From the NCBI GenBank assembly GCA_950054485.1, contig CATLPD010000002.1, forward strand, positions 248,644 to 312,643: a stretch of DNA of 64,000 bases, given 5' to 3'. The translations under genes and the position numbers were made by a program. The notes beneath the pieces are model-generated. The model worked only from the letters and a program-made list of their open reading frames with translations. It searched no databases and had not been told where the DNA came from. Shown here piece by piece: positions 58,355-64,000 of the stretch. Source of the DNA: an uncultured Alphaproteobacteria bacterium. Lineage in GTDB: Bacteria; Pseudomonadota; Alphaproteobacteria; Micavibrionales; CSBR16-224. The stretch's first letter is position 1. Each line of letters opens with the position of its first letter.

Positions 58355-59974
58355 ATGAAACCATTTTATTCAAAAAGCTTACGCAAAGTATCGCCTCTGA
58401 CGTTAAAAATACTCGGGGTGAATATTGCCGCGTTGTTTATGCTGGCTTTCGGTTTTTTATATACAACCCAGTATGAAAACAAGCTTGTTGAAAGTGAATT
58501 GAATGCGCTGAATCAGGAGGCAAAAATGATCGCAGCTGCCATTTCCGAAGGTGGCGTGCGCGAACGTTTTGATGAAAACCCAAGTCTGGCACGTGATCTT
58601 TCACAGCTGATGGTCAGAAAGCTGAGCGCAGAAACAGACTTTAGAATCATTTTGTTTGATAGCGGCGGCCAATTGGTCGCAGACAGTCACAGATTATCAG
58701 GCGCCGGAAGTGTTGTTGAGATTTACGAACTGCCAGCACCTGATTACATGCAATCTTGGCAGCACCACTTTCAAAACACCCTGTCATTCTACTTAAGATT
58801 TCTCCCTACACGATTGAATTTAAAGCCTTTTCCATCAACGGACACGAATGAAATACAGACCTTCCCAAATATGATCGATACCCTGAAGGGGGATGTTTTC
58901 AGACAAGTCTGGCATGATGAAAACCAGAGGATCTTGTTATCCGTCAGTCGGCCCGTTGCGCGCCTAAAACAGGTTTTGGGCGGCATTATGCTGATTAGGA
59001 AGGGAAACAGAATTGAAGATGCCATCAATGCCGTTCAGTTGAACGTTTTGCGCGTCTTCTTTGGGACGCTTGCCATTACGATTTTCCTGTCGCTATATCT
59101 GTCTGCCACAATCGCAAAACCGATACGACAATTGTCAAAAGCAGCGGATCGTATGCGTACAACGCAATCTGACAAAAACCTAATACCGGACTTATCCAAC
59201 CGGCGCGATGAAATCGGTGATTTGTCATTGTCTTTGCGCGAATTGACCGAAGCGCTCAGCGCCCGTCTTGCAGCCATTGAAAGTTTTGCTGCCGATGTCG
59301 CGCACGAGCTTAAAAACCCGCTGGCATCTGTGCAAAGCGCGGTCGAAACACTCCCTAAAGTTAAAGATCCGAAAAAACGCAAGGTTCTGGAAGATATCAT
59401 TTACAACGACACGCAGCGTTTAGACCGATTGATCAGCGATATTTCTTCTGCCTCCAAGCTTGATGCCGAATTAAACCGTGTCGAGAAATCGGGCCTGGAT
59501 ATTTATGTTTTACTGAACAACATCAAAGATATGTACAACACACAGGTTCAGACTGATCATGCAGTTGAGCTTCAAACCAGCCTTTCTAAAAATCAGGCCT
59601 TTATTACGGGGCACGAAGGACGCCTCAGTCAGGTGCTCAGCAATATTATAAACAACGGCATCTCATTTGCCGAATACGGCACCCCTATTATTCTGAAACT
59701 GAATAAAGAAAATGATTTGATTTATATTCGTATTGAAAATACCGGTCCTGCTGTTCCCGAAAATAAACTCGAGAGTATTTTTAACCGTTTTTATTCGGAG
59801 CGTCCGAAAAAACAGGAGTTCGGTAAACATTCCGGTTTGGGGCTTAGTATTTCACGTCAAATCATTCATGCGCACAATGGTGAAATCTGGGCAGAGAATA
59901 TGATTGATAAAGATGGCGAGCATTTGGGTGTACGTTTCACAATCACCTTACCACAAAAGGAATATGACGCTTGA
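58355..59974 (+). CDS. chvG: Sensor histidine kinase ChvG (ExoS/BvrS type)
   Basis: 539 aa with two TM segments flanking a periplasmic domain, HAMP, H-box FAADVAHELKNPLASV, and the ATP lid NTGPAVP/GLGLSISRQI. Confidence 0.8.
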   Translation: MKPFYSKSLRKVSPLTLKILGVNIAALFMLAFGFLYTTQYENKLVESELNALNQEAKMIAAAISEGGVRERFDENPSLARDLSQLMVRKLSAETDFRIILFDSGGQLVADSHRLSGAGSVVEIYELPAPDYMQSWQHHFQNTLSFYLRFLPTRLNLKPFPSTDTNEIQTFPNMIDTLKGDVFRQVWHDENQRILLSVSRPVARLKQVLGGIMLIRKGNRIEDAINAVQLNVLRVFFGTLAITIFLSLYLSATIAKPIRQLSKAADRMRTTQSDKNLIPDLSNRRDEIGDLSLSLRELTEALSARLAAIESFAADVAHELKNPLASVQSAVETLPKVKDPKKRKVLEDIIYNDTQRLDRLISDISSASKLDAELNRVEKSGLDIYVLLNNIKDMYNTQVQTDHAVELQTSLSKNQAFITGHEGRLSQVLSNIINNGISFAEYGTPIILKLNKENDLIYIRIENTGPAVPENKLESIFNRFYSERPKKQEFGKHSGLGLSISRQIIHAHNGEIWAENMIDKDGEHLGVRFTITLPQKEYDA

Positions 59975-60004
59975 GCTTATCTGCAAATACTTTAAGCTGT
60001 AAAC

Positions 60005-60925
60005 ATGAGCACACATCATAAAAAAATAGTGTTATTGGTGACCGGTCTGTCGGGCGCAGGTATGTCGACAGCATTAAAGGGGTTGGAAGACCTTGGCTAT
60101 GAAGTCATAGATAACTTGCCAATTGCCTTGGTCGCATCCGCCGTTGAACATATGGAACAAGATGGCCGCCCCCTTGCGATTGGCATAGATTGCAGGACGC
60201 GCGATTTTGACGCGCACTATTTTCTGGATACTGTAAATGATGTTAAAAAATCAAATCAGATAGATGTTAAAGTTGCCTTGATCACCTGCAGTGATTTTAT
60301 CTTACAACAGCGCTTTAGTGAAACACGCCGGCGCCATCCGCTTGCAGTTGACAGGTCGATCATTGATGGCATTGAGAAAGAACGAGAGCTTTTGGCCCCG
60401 ATCTTTCAAAATGCTGACGAAACCATTGATACGTCGGAATTCTCTGTTCATGACCTAAGGCGTACGATCGCTGCAAAATTCAGAACCGAAAACGCATATG
60501 GTCTAATGACTTTTGTTACATCCTTTGGCTTCAGAAACGGCGTTCCACGCGATGCCGATCTTGTTTTTGATGTACGCTTTTTATGGAATCCCCACTACGA
60601 CCCCGAACTTAAACCGCTGACAGGTAAAGATAAAAAAATCCAGCAACGTCTTTCCAGGGAGGATGGTTTTATCAGCTTCTTTGCCAATCTGACCCGCATG
60701 TTGGAAGACCTTCTGCCCCGCTACAGCGAAGAAGGTAAAAGCTATTTGACAATAGGTATCGGCTGCACGGGCGGTCGCCACCGATCCGTATTCGTTGCTG
60801 AACAGCTATATGAATGGCTGGACCAGCACGGATACAGCATAGCTATAAAACACCGCGATCTTGAAAAATGGGTCTTGGAACAGAAAAAACGCGGTGATAC
60901 AATTGAAAGCAAAGCCAAAGGATAA
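60005..60925 (+). CDS. rapZ: RapZ (YhbJ) P-loop RNase adapter/nucleotide-binding protein
   Basis: 306 aa with Walker A TGLSGAGMSTALKGLEDLGYEVIDNLP and C-terminal GCTGGRHRSV. Confidence 0.85.
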   Translation: MSTHHKKIVLLVTGLSGAGMSTALKGLEDLGYEVIDNLPIALVASAVEHMEQDGRPLAIGIDCRTRDFDAHYFLDTVNDVKKSNQIDVKVALITCSDFILQQRFSETRRRHPLAVDRSIIDGIEKERELLAPIFQNADETIDTSEFSVHDLRRTIAAKFRTENAYGLMTFVTSFGFRNGVPRDADLVFDVRFLWNPHYDPELKPLTGKDKKIQQRLSREDGFISFFANLTRMLEDLLPRYSEEGKSYLTIGIGCTGGRHRSVFVAEQLYEWLDQHGYSIAIKHRDLEKWVLEQKKRGDTIESKAKG

Positions 60926-60930
60926 AAAAT

Positions 60931-61341
60931 ATGATCGGATTACTGCTTGTAACACATGGCCGTTTGGCCGAAGAATTCATCGCCGCAATGGAACATGTTG
61001 TCGGGCCACAGGAAAATGTCGCCAGTATATGTATGTTCCCTGACGATGATATCGAACAAAGCCGTATCGCGATTGAAAAGAAAATCAAAGCAATCGATAC
61101 GGGTGCCGGTGTCATATTGTTGACAGACATGTTCGGCGGCACCCCTTCCAATCTGGCAATATCTATGTCTGAAGACGGCAAGATCGAGGCCTTGGCAGGA
61201 ATCAACCTGCCCATGCTGATAAAACTATCCTCTATCCGTGCGAATACCAACATCAAGGATGCAGTCGTACAGGCGCAGGATGCAGGGCGCAAATATATTC
61301 ATGCGGCATCTGCGCTTTTGGACAATAAAGACAAAAAATAA
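60931..61341 (+). CDS. PTS EIIA component, mannose family (PTS-Ntr type)
   Basis: 136 aa. The N terminus MIGLLLVTHGRLAEEF carries the phosphorylatable His. It sits between rapZ and HPr. Confidence 0.8.
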   Translation: MIGLLLVTHGRLAEEFIAAMEHVVGPQENVASICMFPDDDIEQSRIAIEKKIKAIDTGAGVILLTDMFGGTPSNLAISMSEDGKIEALAGINLPMLIKLSSIRANTNIKDAVVQAQDAGRKYIHAASALLDNKDKK

Positions 61342-61613
61342 TGTCTGTTGAAAAGACCGTCAAAATCACTAATGAACGTGGTCTACATGCCCGCGCCGCC
61401 GCCAAGTTTGTAAAAACTGTCGAACAATTTGATGCCAAAATAACAGTTTCTCATGTTCAGCTTAATGCACCCGGTGACTCGATTATGGAGCTTTTAATGC
61501 TGGGCGCACATAACGGCGTTGAAATAACAATCATAGCTGATGGATCGGATGCTGATCGTGCGATTGATGTCCTTTGTAATCTTGTTAGCGATAAATTTGG
61601 CGAAAACCGTTAA
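61341..61613 (+). CDS. ptsH: HPr/NPr phosphocarrier protein
   Basis: 90 aa with the His15 context NERGLHARAAA and the Ser46-equivalent context GDSIMELLMLG. Confidence 0.85.
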   Translation: MSVEKTVKITNERGLHARAAAKFVKTVEQFDAKITVSHVQLNAPGDSIMELLMLGAHNGVEITIIADGSDADRAIDVLCNLVSDKFGENR

Positions 61614-61682
61614 AATTCCTTTTATTCATGCCATTTTCACGCTATACCTGTGTCAGGTTAATAGATGAAAAAGGATATTATT

Positions 61683-62999
61683 ATGACTGCTGCAGAAACA
61701 TTAAAAGTTGCCGAAGGCGATTACAAAGTAAAAGACATTACATTGGCTGATTGGGGCCGCAAAGAAATTGCGATTGCCGAGACAGAAATGCCAGGCCTGA
61801 TGGCTCTGCGTGAAGAATACAAAGGCAAATCACCGTTGAAAGGCGCGCGTATTGCCGGCTGCCTTCACATGACAATCCAGACGGCTGTTTTGATTGAAAC
61901 ACTGATTGATTTGGGTGCTACAGTACGCTGGTCATCTTGTAACGTCTTTTCGACACAGGATCATGCAGCTGCAGCGATGGCCGCAGCGGGTATCCCTGTA
62001 TTTGCATGGAAGGGTCTGACCGATGATGAATTCTGGGAATGCATCCACGCCACAGTCAAAGGACCGGACGGCTGGACACCAAATATGATCCTTGACGATG
62101 GCGGCGACCTGACCGTTCTGATGCACAAGGAATACCCTGAACTGATGAAAGACGTTAAGGGCCTTTCAGAAGAAACAACAACAGGTGTTATGCGCCTTTA
62201 TGAGATGGAGAAAAAAGGCACACTGACCGTTCCCGCCATTAACGTCAATGACTCTGTTACGAAATCAAAATTTGACAACCTTTACGGCTGTCGTGAATCA
62301 CTGGTTGATGGGGTGAAACGCGCAACCGACGTTATGATCGCCGGTAAAGTTGCTGTTGTTGCCGGTTTCGGTGATGTTGGTAAAGGATCTGCGGAATCTC
62401 TGCGCTCTCAAGGCGCGCGTGTTATGGTGACAGAAATCGATCCTATCTGCGCCCTACAGGCTGCTATGGAAGGTTATGAAGTTGTGACAATGGATGATGC
62501 CGCATCAAAAGGCGACATCTTTGTAACTGCGACAGGAAACAAAGACGTTATCACAATCGAACACATGCGCGAGATGAAAGACCGCGCTATCGTATGTAAC
62601 ATCGGTCACTTTGACAGTGAAATTCAGATTGCTGCCCTTGATAACTACACATGGGAAGAAGTCAAACCACAGGTTGACGAAGTTGTCTTCCCTGATGGCA
62701 AGCGCTTGATCATCCTTGCCAAAGGTCGCTTGGTGAACTTGGGCTGTGCAACAGGTCACCCAAGCTTTGTGATGTCAGCATCATTTACAAATCAGGTTCT
62801 GGCACAGATCGAACTGTGGGAAAACCACGCTAACTACGAAAACAAAGTCTACGTTCTGCCAAAGCATCTGGACGAGAAAGTTGCAGCCCTGCACCTTGAG
62901 AAAATTGGTGCACAATTGACAAAACTGTCAAAGGAACAAGCTGATTATCTGGGTCTGGAGGTCGACGGACCATATAAGCCGGAACATTATAGATACTAA
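61683..62999 (+). CDS. ahcY: Adenosylhomocysteinase
   Basis: [28 protein letters not shown] and NAD motif GFGDVGKG. The start may be 61683 (AAGGA upstream) or 61665 (ORF track). Confidence 0.95.
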   Translation: MTAAETLKVAEGDYKVKDITLADWGRKEIAIAETEMPGLMALREEYKGKSPLKGARIAGCLHMTIQTAVLIETLIDLGATVRWSSCNVFSTQDHAAAAMAAAGIPVFAWKGLTDDEFWECIHATVKGPDGWTPNMILDDGGDLTVLMHKEYPELMKDVKGLSEETTTGVMRLYEMEKKGTLTVPAINVNDSVTKSKFDNLYGCRESLVDGVKRATDVMIAGKVAVVAGFGDVGKGSAESLRSQGARVMVTEIDPICALQAAMEGYEVVTMDDAASKGDIFVTATGNKDVITIEHMREMKDRAIVCNIGHFDSEIQIAALDNYTWEEVKPQVDEVVFPDGKRLIILAKGRLVNLGCATGHPSFVMSASFTNQVLAQIELWENHANYENKVYVLPKHLDEKVAALHLEKIGAQLTKLSKEQADYLGLEVDGPYKPEHYRY

Positions 63000-63011
63000 G
63001 TTCTAAACTTT

Positions 63012-63039
63012 AAGCCCCGCCAAGTGCGGGGTTTATTTT
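63012..63039 (+). terminator. Rho-independent terminator of ahcY
   Basis: CCCCGC-CAAGU-GCGGGG followed by UUUAUUUU. Confidence 0.7.
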
Positions 63040-63051
63040 AATCAAATATAG

Positions 63052-63080
63052 TTTACATAATTAAATTGCTGTGTTATAAT
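63052..63080 (+). promoter_or_regulatory. Near-consensus sigma70-type promoter (TTTACA-17 nt-TATAAT)
   Basis: Read directly. The hexamers have exactly 17-nt spacing and lie 24-27 nt upstream of the ORF start at 63104/63107. Confidence 0.45.
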
Positions 63081-63103
63081 AGTCCTTAATTAGGGATTAT
63101 TAA

Positions 63104-63829
63104 GTGATGTCACAATTACTCGCAGACACAACTTTACAGTTTGGCGTGCAAACTGCGCGGGCGGTTGAACAACTGTTCATGTTAATGTCTTTACCCATTC
63201 CAGACCATGGGGATTATATCAAAGCATCATCACAGGGCTTTATTGTTCTGCTTGCACAAACAGGAACCTTGATCCGTATTGAAAGCAGCAGTTTTGAACG
63301 TGTTAACCACCCCCTTGTTTTGCAACCTCTTAAAACATTAAGTGTTGATAATACACTAATTGAAATTTGCCCTGCAACGGCCCTCGGTGCAACGGACGCA
63401 GATGCGGAAAGCCTGAATTATCAGTTGCTGGAAGACGGTATAGAATTGGATGACCGACGTGGTCCAAATTTGGGGATTATTAATTTACCAGATCGGACAG
63501 TTCATGTTGTTATTGACCGTCCTGCCGTTACATATGCTTCGGGCATGACCCCAGATTTAAAGCAAGTCTTGGAAAAACATGGCAATCCACAGGGGCATTT
63601 TCAACCCTTGCGTGATGCCTTTGATCATGCGTTTGCACAGCCTGGCCTGAAAGCACAAAGACGTAGCCTTCAATACGCGCAGAATATCTGCCGACAATTC
63701 AAAGAAAACGGGCTTTTGGTCTGTGGCTGGGAAAACGCGGATTTAAATGCTGAACATGGCGGCGTCGACCACAAAATGGCAATGGCGCGCGAAACAGCGC
63801 GAAACTACGCGCAAAAAATGCGCTTTTAA
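63104..63829 (+). CDS. Hypothetical protein
   Basis: 241-aa ORF with an AGGGA RBS and no signal peptide or recognisable motif. Confidence 0.45.
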   Translation: MMSQLLADTTLQFGVQTARAVEQLFMLMSLPIPDHGDYIKASSQGFIVLLAQTGTLIRIESSSFERVNHPLVLQPLKTLSVDNTLIEICPATALGATDADAESLNYQLLEDGIELDDRRGPNLGIINLPDRTVHVVIDRPAVTYASGMTPDLKQVLEKHGNPQGHFQPLRDAFDHAFAQPGLKAQRRSLQYAQNICRQFKENGLLVCGWENADLNAEHGGVDHKMAMARETARNYAQKMRF

Positions 63830-64000
63830 AGGGCTTATGCTTATTTCTAATACTTGTTCTTTATAACGCAAAGTCCTAAACTATGACTTGGTGTAAAATT
63901 CACAAAACAATGGTGTAAAACGTGTCAGGCACAGTCTCATCTATGCTGGATCTTGTCATTCCAAGTCGTAAACGCGAACGTAAACTCAGGGCCAATTCCA

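Noticed and set aside
60843-61292. 149-aa ORF on the minus strand
   Set aside because: It is antisense to the rapZ 3' end and the EIIA(Man) gene. It is a shadow ORF.
61614-61682. Possible SAH riboswitch upstream of ahcY
   Set aside because: The spacer is only about 50-70 nt and shows no pseudoknot-forming GC-rich helices. It is too short for the element.
63921-64000. Partial ORF running off the 3' end (VSGTVSSMLDLVIPSRKRERKLRANS...)
   Set aside because: It is only about 26 codons, has no motif and its start is unclear. It cannot be supported as a feature.
1-64000. Search for tRNA, rRNA, CRISPR arrays, IS elements, integrases and prophage genes
   Set aside because: The intergenic spacers are short. 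None shows tRNA-like T-arm/acceptor features or regularly spaced repeats, and no ORF has transposase or integrase motifs. The short PhoH is the only phage-like hint.

Overview
This 64-kb segment looks like chromosome from an alphaproteobacterium. The inference rests on conserved gene orders: ntrY-ntrX-trkA-hfq-hflX, yebC-ruvC-ruvA-ruvB, miaB-phoH-ybeY-tlyC/corC-lnt-HTH, and chvI-chvG...EIIA(Man)-HPr-ahcY. I support about 62 protein genes, four intrinsic terminators and a few regulatory-looking repeats. One gene is a 47-aa lipoprotein absent from the ORF track. I recognised no rRNA, tRNA, CRISPR array, transposase or integrase. Genes are tightly packed, with many 1-14 nt overlaps, some of them convergent. 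Most of the window is housekeeping: SecA, LepA, Pgi, Rpe, GlpK/GlpD, RuvABC, AhcY, and RNA modification enzymes. Between these blocks sit short stretches with no recognisable family. The most unusual items are: (1) an RlmN/Cfr-like radical-SAM enzyme with no N-terminal domain and no methyl-carrier Cys, placed after lnt-HTH; (2) an IMPDH homolog that keeps its CBS pair but has in-frame deletions of the catalytic Cys loop and flap, translationally coupled to a sulfotransferase-like gene; (3) two overlapping paralogous secreted proteins convergent with an atypical CheY-like receiver and a possible His-less Hpt-like protein; (4) a secreted EF-hand protein directly upstream of chvI-chvG; (5) a second, short PhoH ATPase inserted between miaB and ybeZ; (6) a dif-like Xer site candidate; (7) a long hairpin plus U-tract abutting the glpD start codon. 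An ankyrin-repeat protein and the EF-hand protein hint at a host- or prey-associated lifestyle. All functional calls rest on motifs read by eye and on remembered family knowledge. No database search was run.
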